64,000 bases of DNA from Mobula hypostoma. Lineage: Eukaryota. The DNA lies in assembly GCF_963921235.1 (NCBI RefSeq), contig NC_086108.1, positions 19,034,001 to 19,098,000 of the forward strand, written 5' to 3'. Numbering within the stretch: position 1 is the first letter of the stretch; each line of letters begins with the position of its first letter. A program made the position numbers and the translations under genes. Below are positions 22,991-35,995 of the stretch, one piece after another. The notes under the pieces are model-generated. The model saw only the letters and a program-made list of their open reading frames with translations. It was not told the DNA's origin and searched no databases.

Positions 22991-23644
22991 CATTACTGTT
23001 GTGTGGGCTGGTAGGTTAAATTGTCATTTTAAATTGCCCCTGGTATGTAGATGAATTGTGCAGGGGGTGGGTGGGGAGTTGATAAGAATGGGCAGTGTAT
23101 AAAATGTTTTAATGTAGGATTAGTGTAAAATGGATGCTCCGTGGTCAGATTGGACTTACTGGGCTGAAGAGCCGTGCAATAACTTTATGAATATTTCTCT
23201 ATATGTGGTCTATTTAACTCATTACTTCCATAACTCAATTAAAACCTAATTAATTTGAGTACTGTAAATTTCAAATTCCCAGGTGTCTTCTCAAGTTCAG
23301 TTGTCTTGGTGAGACTAGAGTACACTGAATCTAGAGTATTGGGTACTATAATCACCACATTTATAGCTCAGCTGCCTTCACTCCTTTGGATAATATCACA
23401 AGCTGCAGCTCCAACTCCAAAAGGCCAATGCACAGGAATTCAGCATAGGCAGAGGAGTTAGTGGGCTCCTCTAATTAGGAGACTATGCTGGATGTTCATT
23501 TTTCCTCCGAATCCCCTTTAAAACTGCAGAGCTGTCAAAGGCCTTGACACTTCCTGTGGTCTTTTTGTATGTATTGTATCTGATTAGTTTGTGCTAATTT
23601 TCTGAACTTTGGTGGAAGAGACAGAGACAAAACTTCATCTGAAG

Positions 23645-24740
23645 GACCGTTTCAGTCAGTTCAGATTGGCTACAACATCTCCTCAACAATCTCCACCAGC
23701 ACCGGTGCACCATAAGGCTGTGTGCTTAGCCTCCTGCTCTACTCGTTTTATACTTATGACTGTGTAGCTCAGCACAGCTCCAAAACTATATTCAAGTTTG
23801 CTGACACTACTCTTCTGGTGATGAACATGGGAGGAAGATTCAAAATCTGGCTGATTGGAGTCATAACAACAACCTCTTACTGAATGTCAGCAAGACCAAG
23901 GAGCTGATTATAGACTTCAGGAGAAGGAAACCAGAGGTTCATGAGCCAGTCCTCATCGGAGGATCAGAGCAACTTCAAATTCGTCAATGTTATTATTTCA
24001 GAGGACATCTCCAGGGCCCAGCATGGAAGTGCAATTGCAAAGAAAGCACAGCAGTGCCTCTATTTCTGTAGGAGTTTGCAGAGCCTTCGCATGACATCTA
24101 GTACTTTGACAAACTTCTAAGGATATGTAGTGGAGAGTATATTGATTGGCTGCATCATAGCCTGGTATGGAAACACCAATGCCCTTGAATGGAAAATCCT
24201 ACAAAGAGTAGCGGATACAGCCCAGCCTATCACATGTAAGGCCCTCCCAACCACTGAGCACATCTACATGAAATGCTGTTGTAGAAAATCAGCGTCCATT
24301 ATCAAGGACCCCCATCACCCAGAACATGCTCTCCTCTCGCTGCTGCCATCAGGAGGAAGATACAGGAGCCTCAGGATTCACACCACCAGGTTCAGAAACA
24401 GTTACTACCCCTCAACCATCAGGCTCTTGAATCAAAGGGGGTAACTTCATTTGCCTATTATTGAAATATTCCCATAACCAATGGATTCACTTTCAAGGAC
24501 TCTTCATCTCATGTTCTCAATACTGATTGCTTACTTACTTATTATTATTATTTCTTCTTTTTATATTTGCACAATTTGTTATCTTTGGCACTCTGGTTGA
24601 ACACTCTGGGGGGCAGTTTTTCATTGATTCTGTTATGGTTATCATTCTATAGATTTATTGAGTGTGCCCATAAGGAAATTACTCCCAGGGTGACAATTAC
24701 TGTATGTATTTTGATATAATAAATTTACTTTGAAATTTTG
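23645..24740 (+). mobile_element. Rex1/Babar-type LINE, 5'-truncated, decayed
   Basis: ESILIGCIIAWYGN...IIKDPHHPEHALLSLLPSGGRYRSLRIHTTRFRNSYYPSTIRLLN, followed by 3' UTR and tail. Confidence 0.93.
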
Positions 24741-24788
24741 AGCTTTGGGGCATTGGTTTGAGCCATGCAGAACTTGCCCAAGATATTT

Positions 24789-25050
24789 TCATAGAATCGT
24801 ATCACACAGAAATGGGCCCTTCAGCCCACATTGTCCATGCTGACCTTTCTTACCCATCCACACCAAACCCATTTCTCCACGAGAACTATATCCTTCTATG
24901 CCTTGTCCATATAAGTGTCCGTCTAAATCCTCATAAAAATCTGACACCATTTTCTCTGGCAGTGAGTTCCAGAGATTAATCACTCTCTGTGTAAAAAATC
25001 TCCCCCTCAGTTCCCCTTTAAAGCTCTTTCCTCTCACCTTAAACCTATGG
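24789..25050 (-). mobile_element. CR1 3' end
   Basis: RGKSFKGELRGRFFTQRVINLWNSLP. Confidence 0.88.
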
Positions 25051-25334
25051 AAATTAGATTGTTGTTTATTGCCGCTTATTTGTTGTTAAACAACTAAGAT
25101 GTATGGCACATTTTCTCGGGTCCTCTGTACAGGGTAGGATATAGAGGCAGGACAGTTATTTTGGTATTCCTGTGCTCCTGAAATGCATGCCATGCCCAAT
25201 TAACAAAATTATGATTCTTTCCTTGAACTATCAGCAAACTGTTCTGTAGTAAGAAATGTATGCAACTTGATCCTTAAACATCTCTGCTACCTCTACGTTA
25301 TTGTTTAGTTTATATATCCTTCCATTCGGAAGCC

Positions 25335-25665
25335 ACACAGGGCAGTGCAGTGGCCCACAGTTCCAGTGACCCAGGTTCAATCCCAAAGTCAGGTGCCGAC
25401 TATGTGGTGTTTGCATGCTCAGCCTGTAACCATGCGAGTTTCCCCTGGGAGCTGCAGCTTCCTCTCACATCCTCCAAGTCGTGCTGATATATCAAATGCT
25501 TGCTGTACATTACCCATTGTGTATGCAGGTGGCTGAAAGTGAGCTGGAGGGCAGGTGCGAGAGAGAATATGTGCAAGGCTACAGGGTGGGGAATGGGACT
25601 GATGGGATTGCTTTGCTTGGAGCTGGCATAGATCTAATGGGCTGAAAGGCCTGTTATTGTGTTGT
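25335..25665 (+). mobile_element. V-SINE
   Basis: B box ggttcaatccc, gtttgcatgctc, and CR1-like tail gggctgaaaggcctgtt. Confidence 0.7.
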
Positions 25666-25729
25666 AGTAAGTAAGTACAATAATGATAGCTAATATTTCC
25701 CAGCTTGAGCTTCATCAGAATGTGATATA

Positions 25730-26262
25730 CACGCAGTGGCCATTTTTCTAGGTACACCTGTACACCTGCTCGTTAATATAAATATCTAATCAGCAACTCA
25801 ATGCAGATATGGTCAAGAGGCTCAGTTGTTCAGACCAAACATCAGAAATTGGAAGAAATAAATAATATTAGCTGTGGAATGATTACTGGTGCCAGATGGG
25901 GTGGTCTGAGTAGCTCAAAAACTGCTGACCTCCTGGGGTTTTCACACACAACAGTCGCTAGTTTACAGAGAATGGTGCAAAAAACAAAAATAAAACATCC
26001 AGAGAGCAGCAGTTCTGTGGGCAAAAACACCTAGTTAATGAGAGAGGTCAGAGGAAAATAACCAGACTGATTCAAGTTGACAGGAAGATGACAGTAACTC
26101 AAATAACCACATGTTACAGCAGTGACGTGCAGAAGAGCATCTTTGAATGTACAACACAGCAAACCTTGAAGTGGATGGGCTACAGCAGCAGAAGACCACG
26201 AACATAGACTCGTGGCCACTTTATTACCTACAGGGGATAATGAATAAAGTGACTATTTTGTG
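25730..26262 (+). mobile_element. Tc1/mariner internally deleted element
   Basis: TA-flanked degenerate TIRs (cacgcagtggccatttttctaggtacacct ... aataaagtgactattttgtg) and the N-terminal HTH remnant GMITGARWGGLSSSKTADLLGFSHTTV; no DDE domain. Confidence 0.88.
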
Positions 26263-26589
26263 TATGCTCAGTCCTCTTTAGAATTGCTCCCCCTTCTTGC
26301 AATCACTGATATCGAGAATGGTTATAGAAACATAGAAAATAGGTGCAGGACTAGGCCATTCAGCCCTTCAAGCCTGCACCGCCATTCAGTATGATCATGG
26401 CTGATCATCCAACTCACGGGCTTCACGGGCTTCCCAGAGCAGAAACACCCGGAGATCACTATCCTCATCTCTAATCAACTCATTGCCAACAGTGCCAATG
26501 CTCTTTTTTTAATACCAACCAGGCACATTTAGTTGATGCAAGAGCTTGATAAACACTATTGAAAATCCACCTACAGCAATAACTTGCAA

Positions 26590-26850
26590 ATATGTGACAC
26601 CCTCAACATAGTGAAATGGACTGAAACCCTTCACAAGAAAACTAACAGGGAAAATTTGATATGCTCAGATGTTGTACAGAGTGAAAGCCTTGGGTTTTGA
26701 GGGGGTGAGGGGTACTGAGAAGATATAGATAAATATGAAGAGGTTGAAGGAGGGAATTCCAGAGTATGGAATCTAGGTAGCTGAAGGCACATCACTCCAT
26801 TCAAGAGTAGGGAAGATAGACAACCAGATTATAAAGATCTAGTTGTAGAA
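26590..26850 (-). mobile_element. Old L2-like LINE 3' fragment
   Basis: ggagggaattccagagtatggaatctaggtagctgaaggcac motif (from recall). Confidence 0.5.
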
Positions 26851-26959
26851 TCATGAAGAAAGCTAAATAAACCATTAATTCTGTACTGGTCAGAAAAGAG
26901 ATTGCCCCTTCCAGCACTGGGTCTGTAGCCCTGCAGGTCACGGCTCTTCATGTCCTTTT

Positions 26960-28330
26960 GGTTTATTGGTTTTATTATCATTATCACATGAACTGAGGTA
27001 CAATGAAAAATTTGTCCAACATACAGATCAATTCATTAACACGAGAAAATCTGCAGATGCTGAAAATCCAAAGCAACGGAAATAAAATGCTGGAGCAACT
27101 CAGCAGCTCAGGCAGCATCTATGGAAATGAATAAACAGTTGACTTTTTGGGCTGAGACCCCTCTTCAGGACTGGAAAGGAAGAGGGATGTTGCCAGAATA
27201 AAAAGGTGGTGGAGGGGAGGGAGGATAGCTAGAAGATGGTAAGTGAAGCTAGCTGGGTGGGAATGGTTGGAGAGGAAGGAATCTGATAGGAGAGGAGAGT
27301 GGACCATAGGAGAAAGGGAAGGAGAGGGAACCCAGAGGGAGGTGATAGGCAGGTGAGAAGAGGTAAGAGGCTAGAGGGAAGTGGAGAGAAAATATTTTTT
27401 TATCAGAAAGGTGAAATTAATATTCATGACAGCAGGTTGGAGGCCACCCAGGTGTTGCTCCTTCACCTTGAGGGTGGCCTCATCTTGGCACAAGAGAAGG
27501 CCATGGACCGAAATGTCAGAATGGGAATAGGAATCAGAATTAAAATTCTTGGCCACCGGGAAGTTCCACATTTGGTGAATGAACTGGAGGTGCTCGATGA
27601 AAAGGACCCCAATTTATGACAGGTCTCACGAATGTAGAGAAGGTCGCATCGGGAGGACCGGACACAATAGACGACCCCAGCAAATTCAGAGTTGAAGTGT
27701 TGCCTCGTCAGGAAGGACTGTTAGGAGCCCAGAATGGAGGTGAGTGGGCAGGTGTAGCAGTTTGGCCGCTTGCAGGGGTAAGTGCTGGGAGCGAGATTAG
27801 TGGGGAGGGACAAACGGACATGAGGGAGCGAGACAGATAATGAGGTCAAGAGTCAATCTTAATGTACTAGCAGACCACTCAATGGTCCTGTAATAGCAGA
27901 GCAGAAGCTGGCCTTGAAACTGGAGATATATGCTTTTAGGCTTATACATCTTCTGCCTGGTGGAACAGAGGTGAAGTGAGAATGTCTGAGCTGAGGGGCT
28001 CTTTGATTATGCTGGTTTCTTTATTGAGGCAGTGCAGGGGAGGCTGCTTTCTGTGATGTGCCCACAAATCTCAGCATTTTCTTGTAGTTACGTGCAGAGT
28101 AGTTGTCATATCAAGCTGTGATGCATTGACATAGGATGCTTTCTATCATGCATTGCTAAAAATTGGTAAGGATCAACAGGGACATGCCAAATTTCTTTAA
28201 CCTCCTGAGGAATAAAAGTGCTGGTGAACTTTCTTGGCTGTGGCATCAACATGGTTGGACCAGGACAGACTATTAGTGATATTCACTCATTAGAACCTGA
28301 AGCTCTCAATCCTCGCGAACAGCAGGTCCA
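26960..28330 (-). mobile_element. Rex1/Babar-type LINE fragment split by a PLE
   Basis: Tail at 26960-27035; resumes at about 27835 with reverse coding motifs up to ctcctgaggaataaaagtgctggtg. Confidence 0.75.
27036..27830 (-). mobile_element. PLE, terminal repeat plus decayed GIY-YIG region
   Basis: Reverse of ggtctcacgaatgtagaga encodes LYIRET (GIY-YIG second motif); also NFPVAKNFNSDSYSHSDISVHGLLLCQDEATLKVKEQHL. Confidence 0.9.
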
Positions 28331-29479
28331 AGTGTTGTTTAAACGTTTCTGCCTCCAATACCATTTCTGTCATCTCAGAAGATTGTGGCCAGGTGAGATG
28401 GGAAGATGATGGATTTAAAAACAAGTCTGAGAGTTTTAAAAAGGAGGTCCAGTCGCAGTATCAGTCTGTGAGTGATGTATGTGCTGGATACACTCAATAT
28501 GCCCCATCGCATCTTCCGAAACTATTCTGCATTGGAAGAACAAGCTTCTTTAAGTGTCTCTGTCGATGTGGTAGAGTTTGCTCAACTGTGCAACACACTC
28601 CATCCCAAGCCTGTTCTCACCTACGATCTGCAGTAGAAACCTAAATGACTGCTATTTATTAGAGTCTTGGGATCAAATCCTAGATCGTTGCAGCATCTGA
28701 AGGTGTATTAACACCATAAGCCCTCTTGGGGACTTTAAGGATTCCAGTGTTAAGCACACTGCCTACTCATTAACAGGAAGATACAGATGAACAGCATTAT
28801 GAATTCTGTACGGTGCTGTACTGTCAATATTTACTTGCAGCTGTAAATCGCTCATGCAATATAGAAGGAAATTTAATTTCCTGATCAACAGTGGTTGCTG
28901 TATTCTGTTCAAGGTTCATGCGTTCTTAAAAATATTAGGATAGTGAATAAACACAGGCCTTGTGCTGTAGGGAGGGTGGAAGTTAACAGGACAGCAAACA
29001 TCTTGAACTCATGAAGCACTATTTCTAAATGGTTTGCTCATTTTCACGTTGTTTATCCAACACCACCTTCCCAAAAAGAACCCTATTTCAAGCTCCACCA
29101 TTGGCAGAAATTACCAGGTGAATAGGGGAAATATTCAGGGTGTTTCCAAAGCCTCCTGGAAGAAACGCAGCATCCCCACTGACTCCTGGTAATCTTTGGC
29201 ACCTGACTATTCAATGTGGAGTAGGAGCATTCAGGGTGGTATTCAGAACTTCAGGGTCATGCTTTGGGAGCTCACAGAACCCTATGTGAGTGGTGGAAGG
29301 AGCAGAACAGCTCAAACACTACCCATCCCATCAGCCATCTCCTATCTCACATGTGAAGGAGTCATAGAATCAGAGCAATTGACGCTTCAGCCTGTCAAAG
29401 CCACACCAACCATCAACCACCCCTCTGACTCCCTTTGTCTTCATGCTGCACTTCCAAAATGTTACAGTGGTAGTGGAAC

Positions 29480-29995
29480 TAATTTACAGGGTGACCATGA
29501 ATTGGTTCCACCCAATCGCCTCCAATCCAGCATGCAGACAGTGCCATGCTTCTGCATATTTGGAGGCTGGACTCCAGGTCCTCCTGGACTCATTCACAGA
29601 CGTAACCAAGAGGATGGACCCTGTGCTTAACAAGGACGGACAAAGATCCTCTACAAACCTACCCCCACTGTACCATGTTGCCCTCTAATAAGAATAGTTC
29701 ACAAAGTTCTGGAAAATGGGGACCATTTCCCATACTTGGAGAACCTCCTCTCAATTAAGGCAGAGTTCAACGATGAAATTCACCACTGCTTTCTGTGACC
29801 CATTGGATTGACTGAGGTAAAGGGTGTTCGCAGATCAAAACCTCAAATCCAGCACAAAGTTCAGTGATTCCCTACCCTCCTATGTGCCTCAGCAATTTCA
29901 AACCCTGCGGAGATACCAACAATGCTTTCTTCACTTTATCCTCCAAATTACTGACTGGATAAACACATTATCGGTGTTCACACCCAGGCCAACAT
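29480..29995 (+). mobile_element. RTE-clade LINE fragment
   Basis: LENGDHFPYLENLLSIKAEFNDEIHHC and ..VFADQNLKSSTK..TLRRYQQCFLHFILQI.., typical post-RT RTE motifs. Confidence 0.8.
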
Positions 29996-30029
29996 ATATT
30001 AAGAGGGATGCAAAAAGATAGGGAATAAA

Positions 30030-30230
30030 ACATACTGGCATAGTGTTCATGGGTTCATTGTCATTCAGAAATCTGATGGTGGAGGGAAAGAAGCTGGTCC
30101 TGAAACACTGAGTGAGTGTCTTCAGCTCCTGCACTTCCTCCTTGATTGAGAACAGGCAAGGCATGTCCCAGGTAATGGGGGTCTTTAATGATGGATACCA
30201 CCTTTTGAGGCATCACCTTTTGACGATGGT
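30030..30230 (-). mobile_element. Rex1/Babar-type C-terminal fragment
   Basis: TQCFRTSFFPSTIRFLN. Confidence 0.8.
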
Positions 30231-30270
30231 ATAACATTGGCCAAGTGTGTTGGCTCCTCTGTTCCCACAG

Positions 30271-30326
30271 GTGATATGTTGGTAGAGTCGTTCAGTGACT
30301 TCTTCAAGCTGGCCTGGTCAAAATGA
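30271..30326 (+). other. Possible terminal exon (G)DMLVESFSDFFKLAWSK*
   Basis: Strong acceptor ctcctctgttcccacag/G with only one frame open; no partner exon found. Confidence 0.25.
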
Positions 30327-31779
30327 TAGGGAAGGCATCACAGTGTGCAGATTCGTGCCCACTGATTATGTTGCTCAGCTCCCCCAGTGCCTGCCTGACA
30401 TTAGCCTGAGGTGGAATGTACACTGCTGAAAACTCCCTTGGCAGATATAATGGCATTTGACCACTAGATGTTGCAGGTCAGGTGAGCAGGACTGAGACAG
30501 AGCCACCATATTTGTGCACCAAGATGAATTCATCAGAAAGTGTGCTCTGCCACTTCTGCTTTTAAAAGACTGAGCTGTCCTGTCTTTGCAGAGAATGGTA
30601 AAGCCACCGGGCTGCAATGCTACATCATAAATGGTGCAGTGAGCTACATTTCCATAAAGCAAAGTACACGGCAGTCCCTGATGTCCCTCTGGTACTGCAA
30701 TCTTGTTCTGAGGTCACCAATTTTATTTTCCAGAAACTGTACATTTACCAGCAGGATTGAAGGGAGGGGAGATCTAAACCCCTACATTTCAATCGTAGCT
30801 GTAGACTGATACAACCTCCCTGCTCCAGTTTTCCTGAAGGGGAACTGAACTGTCAACCTGAGTCTGCCATCCAAGATTTGTCGATTTTGAGTATCAATAG
30901 ATTCTTTAAAATGATGCTGAAGTACCCACGGCAGTGACTGTGGGCTTCAGTCATAGTAGTCCTAAATGGGAATATTTGATGATTCCCATCAGAGCTGCAA
31001 GCAAAGGGTTGCCACTTAATGGCACCATCTTACCATGAACTTATGGGAACCCTGGTTTGTAATTAATCAATCAAATTGGCCAAGTGTGTTCCAGAAGTAA
31101 TGAAAACACCAAGTCTTTGTACTGGAAATCCAGTCTATAAGGAAGAGAGTGTACCACCTCCCAATCTACTGGCCTGTCAAGCACTCGTGTCCAGTTCCCC
31201 ATACTGGCCTTCAATTGGTACTTGGGAGCCAACAGATCTGGAGTGCAAGCAAAGCATCCTCAATCCTGAAGGACTGCCCAGGCAGTAAGGATCATTGTCA
31301 ATATCAGTTAGCTTGGAGTTTCAAAGGGAAATTGAGTCATCAGCAGTTGAAGGGAAGAGATTCAAGTGGGAGTAGGAAGCGTTTTCATGAATGGAGATGG
31401 GGAAGAACAGAGAAAAGTATAAGTTCAAGACAAGGGTTACCTTGCACAATGGGACAGGAACAGAGAGCACAAGAAGCAGCAGATACACAGAGAGACCAAT
31501 AAGTTCATGAGAACCTGTTGTGGGAGGAGGGGTGGAATGGGTGGGGAATCAAGACTTATGGCAGCTTGTATTGGAGAGAATGTAAATGGTTAACCTGGTT
31601 GTACCTAGAAGCTGAAGCCATGGGAGGGTATAACAACTTCAATGAAAAGCAGGGACCAAAGAGACTAGTGTGCATACAGAAATGTGATGAGTGGAGGGCT
31701 GACGAGCAGAACATGCACCACTTGAACAACCTCATTAGATCCCATCCAGATGCACCACAGCTTGGTATGACAATTGCTC

Positions 31780-32960
31780 TGCCAAGATGCAAGAAGTGGT
31801 GGAGGATTGTGAACATGGCCCAATCTATCATTTAAAACCAGCCTCTCCTCCACTGACTCCATCTATATTTCCCACCGCCAACTCAGTTACAGACCCCTTT
31901 CACCCCCAGTCCTTCTCTCTTCTTCCCCAACCTCCACCCCATAGTGGGCGGAACATACAAAAGCTTGAGAGCAGGTACCATCAAGCTTACGGACAGCTAT
32001 TATCAGACTCTTTAACCGTTCATCTATTTATATGCTAAAGAACCCTTGATCTTCCAATCTATCTGTTGTGGACTTTGTACTTTATCTGTCTATCTCAAAG
32101 TTCAAAATAAATGTACTATCCAAGTATATAGAGGTCATCATATACGACCTGAGATTCATTTTTCTTGAGGACAAGCTCATTAAATCCAATAACCATAATA
32201 GAATCAATGAAAGATCAAACCAACAGGGCAGACAACCAATGTGCAAAAGATAACAAACTGTGCAAATTCAAAAAGAAAGAAGAAAAAAATAATAATTAAT
32301 TAATAAGCAATAAATATTGAGAACATGATATGAAAAGTCCTTGAAAGTGAGTTCATAGGTTGCGGGAACAGGTCAGTGAAATTGAGTCAAGTTATCCCTT
32401 CTGGTTCAAGAGCCTGATGGTTGAGGGGTAATAACTATTCCTGAACCTAGTGGTGTGTGTCCTGAGGCTCCTGTATCACCTTGCTGATGGTAGCAGCGGG
32501 AAGAGAGCATGGTCTGGGAGGTGGGGATCCCTGATGATGGATGCTGTTTTCTCGTGACAACGCTCCATGCAGGTGTGCTCAGTGGTGAGGAGTGTTTCAC
32601 CTGTGATGGACTAGAGTAGACCATTTCCACTACTCCTTGTGGGATTGCCGTTCAAGGACAATGGTGTTTCTTTTGGTGATGTAGCCAGTCAATATATTCT
32701 GCAGTACACATTTATGTTCTCTCAATACCATATTCTGTGTTCTATTTTTCTTTTAACTACCTCAGTGCAGTTAAATATGGAATGATCTTTCTGGGTGGCA
32801 CACAAACAAAAGCTGTTTGATATCGGTATTGGAATTAGTTTATTATAGCCATATGTACTGAGATACAGCGAAAGCTGGTATTACACACTGTTCATTCAGA
32901 TCAAAATCACTGGCAGAACAAAATAAAACAATAACAATGCAAAATAAGTTTGAAAGGTAC
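31780..32960. mobile_element. Cluster of Rex1/Babar-type 3' fragments (a + copy split by a - copy at about 32095-32715)
   Basis: C-terminal motifs and tails on both strands. Confidence 0.75.
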
Positions 32961-33359
32961 AGTACATGTGATTCAGGAAATCAAAAGATCCAATTGTAGA
33001 CTCTTTCACTACATTTCAGTAGGTAATGAAAAAACACTGGTTATAGTTCACACACTGATCAATTAAAGGGGGACTGCATTCAAAGTTCTTAAAGGACTTC
33101 ACAGGTTAGATGTGAATGTTTCCCCAGACCTGTGTGTCCAGAACCAGATGTCACCATCCCCAAATAAAAAGATTAAATTAGATATGAAGAGACATCGAAA
33201 AGTGGTGAGATGAACGATTAGCTATGATGCTATTAAATGGTAGATTATTTACGATGGGCTGAATGGTCTACTCCAGTATCTGTTTGAGTTTTTTTTTATA
33301 TTTCAAAGCTGCTGACTCTTCGACAAGTGGTATCGGCCCTTTAAGATCCAGGATCGGTT

Positions 33360-34100
33360 CCATATATTAACGTTGCTCTGGGTTTACAGCTGGCGGCTTT
33401 ACATTCCTCACCCTCCTCGAGCTCCCGCTCCCGCCCCCACCCTGTCCCTGAAAGCTAAACAGTCATTAGTTTAATTAGCTGGGGAATTTCACACCTCTCT
33501 TTATGGGCTGCTCTTTTATTGCCGATTGATTCTCAATGGGCTTAGTAAACAGTGGAGGCCACGTAGGGTCTGGCTGGTGACAATTAAACAATGATTACAG
33601 GTTTTGCAGCCTTCACTTGATTGATTAGGTCCGATATATGACAAGCACACCCCTGGCCGACAGCCTGAGATGCACCTGTGACAATAGCCACCAGCTAAAA
33701 CCTGTGCTCTGCAACCCCGAGGGACCCTCCTGATAGCATCGCCCCCTCCCACTGCAAATCGGCCCCTCTTGACTTCTGAGGTAGGAGTCAGGAGAAGCAA
33801 CGAGCCCCTGAGGCTTACTGCCTCATCGCTTCTCTCTCTTTTATTTCCAGCTTCGACTTTCCATTATCGTCCAGTAATATTCATTGGGAGAATCTCGGAG
33901 CCCCGAGGTGTGGTAGTCACACAGGGAAGTTAACGTAAAAGAATCAGAATTAATTAAATCTTCTTCCATTTTTTTTCTAATTTACCAGACGCAAGGTTTC
34001 TAGCAATTTCAATCAACCTGCTTAATCACTGAGCTGGCGAAATCATTCTAAATTTAATTATTACAGTAATTTAAAATAAATATGTTTATTTTATCTTTGT
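33360..34100. promoter_or_regulatory. Candidate developmental enhancer or promoter-like conserved non-coding element
   Basis: CpG-retaining unique DNA: GC box 33430-33436, TTTATGG 33500-33506, GTAAACA 33545-33551, TGACA 33578-33582, AACAATG 33587-33593, TGATTGAT 33618-33625 and several TAATTA. Confidence 0.6.
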
Positions 34101-34377
34101 CATCCTTCCAAATTAGACCAGCTCAGATGAAGTATGATAGTTGTGAAGGCCCAATAATGCCGACTGTTGTCAAAGGCACAGAGCCAAACTGGGACCCACA
34201 GACACAATAAAAAATAACGTGTCCAACGACTGTAACATTGAAGTAAACAGCTCCTCGACAAATTTTGAGCAGGCATGTTTTCTCCACCACGATTTGTATG
34301 CCAAAGGAGTTACAATGGGCCCTTTATGTTTTCCTGAAGGTTTTCAGGCAGCCACATTTATGCACAGCAAGAACCAA

Positions 34378-34900
34378 AATAACACACAAAATGCTGGAGG
34401 AACTCAGCAGATCAGGCAGCATCTATGAGGGAAAATAAACAGTCAACAGTTTGGGCCAAGACTCATCATCTGGACTGAAATGAAAGGGGAAAGAAGCCAG
34501 AATAGGAAGGTAGGGGAAGGGAAGGCATACAATCCAGCAGGTGATAGCTGAAGTTAGGAAAGGAGGAAGGTGGATGGGCGGGAGAAGCTGGGAGATGATA
34601 GGTGGAAAAGCTATAGGGTTGAAGAAGAAGGAACCTGATAGTGGGGGAGAGTGGACCATGGGAGAAAGGGAAGGAGGAAGTGATTGGCAAGTGAGGTGAG
34701 GGAAGGAGTAAGAAGGGAGCGGAGGGGGAAAAAATTACGATAGAGAAAATAATGTTCATGCCATCAGCTTGGAGGCTACACAGATGGAATATGAGGTATT
34801 GCTCCTCCGACCTGAGAATGTCCTCATCGTGACAGTGGATGAGGCCATGGACTAACATGTTGGAAAGGGAATGGGAAGTAGAATTTAAATGGCTGGTTAG
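34378..34900 (-). mobile_element. PLE 3' portion
   Basis: VHGLIHCHDEDILRSEEQYLIFHLCSLQADGMNI (PLE endonuclease C-terminus) plus terminal repeat. Confidence 0.9.
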
Positions 34901-35175
34901 AGATCAAAGATCCCAAGATAAAGGGAGCAGAGTTCATGAGCGGACAAAAGAGGTGCCAGTATCTGGAGCAACATAAAAAGCATTGGAGAAACTCAGTGCA
35001 TCTGACAGTGAGACAGTCTGGAAGTGGACAGTCAATGTTTCGTGTCCAGGTGAGGAATATTGATTTGAAATGTCACTGCCCATTTCCCTCCACTGAAGCT
35101 GCCTGGCCCTCCGAGTTCTTCCTGCACATTTTGAATTGATCTGGATGGGTTTTTTTTTGGAAATGTTGGTAGCTG

Positions 35176-35441
35176 ATCCAGAAGGGTTGTATGGAAACTA
35201 TTATTACCATTTTTCTTAACAACTAATTTCATTACTTAGCCTAATAGGTTAGATTTACCACAGTACATAATTATCTATTTAAATGTTTATCTTCCTTTTA
35301 TATCATCTCAATGTGTACTTAAGAATGTATAAATAATTGTAGTTTTATACATATAAAAAAATGGAAAAGGTTATATGTGTGAAAAAAGTACATGATAATT
35401 GTGAATTCCTTATCCAAATAAAAATAAAATTAAAAAAAAAA
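35176..35441 (+). mobile_element. Poly(A)-tailed retroposed fragment (L1-type 3' UTR or retrocopy)
   Basis: 16-bp TSD GAAATGTTGGTAGCTG (35160-35175, 35442-35457); AATAAA followed by an A run. Confidence 0.85.
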
Positions 35442-35659
35442 GAAATGTTGGTAGCTGGACAACATTTCCCTAGATTTCAGGAGTTCCCATGTGTGTCTTT
35501 CAGTACTGCCTTGAGGTCATAGACATAGAGAAAGTCAGAGGTGACTGGTAGAATCTAGGTGGGGGCGAGGAATGGAAATGGGGGCAAATAAAAGTGGAGG
35601 ATTAGTGTAGGGGGTGCCTGATGGTTTTTTATATATCCAGTTGAGAGTGCAGGAATCAA

Positions 35660-35995
35660 AACAGAGGGCAGTATAGTGTTGCACCACTGTCTCAAAGCCC
35701 CAGTGATCCGGGTTCAATCCTGACCTCCAGTGCTGTATGAAATTTGTACATTTTCCCTGTGACCGTATGGGTATTCACCTTCCCCCAGGTGCTGTGGTTC
35801 CCTCCTGCATCCCAGAGATGTGCGGGTTGGTGGGTCAGTTAGTCACTATGGGTCTCCCGCGTGTGCAGTGGAATCGGGGGGTGGGGGGGAGTTGATAAGA
35901 ATGTAGGAAGAATAAAATGGGATTAATGTAGGATGGGTCGATGGTCAACACAGACACAAAGGGCTGAAGAGCCTGCTTCTGTGCAGTGTGGCTCA
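35660..35995 (+). mobile_element. V-SINE
   Basis: B box gggttcaatcc, V-domain and CR1-like tail. Confidence 0.78.

Noticed and set aside
33738..33756. CTCF-like motif (reverse gtgggagggggcga)
   Set aside because: Only the 3' half matches the consensus, which is too weak.
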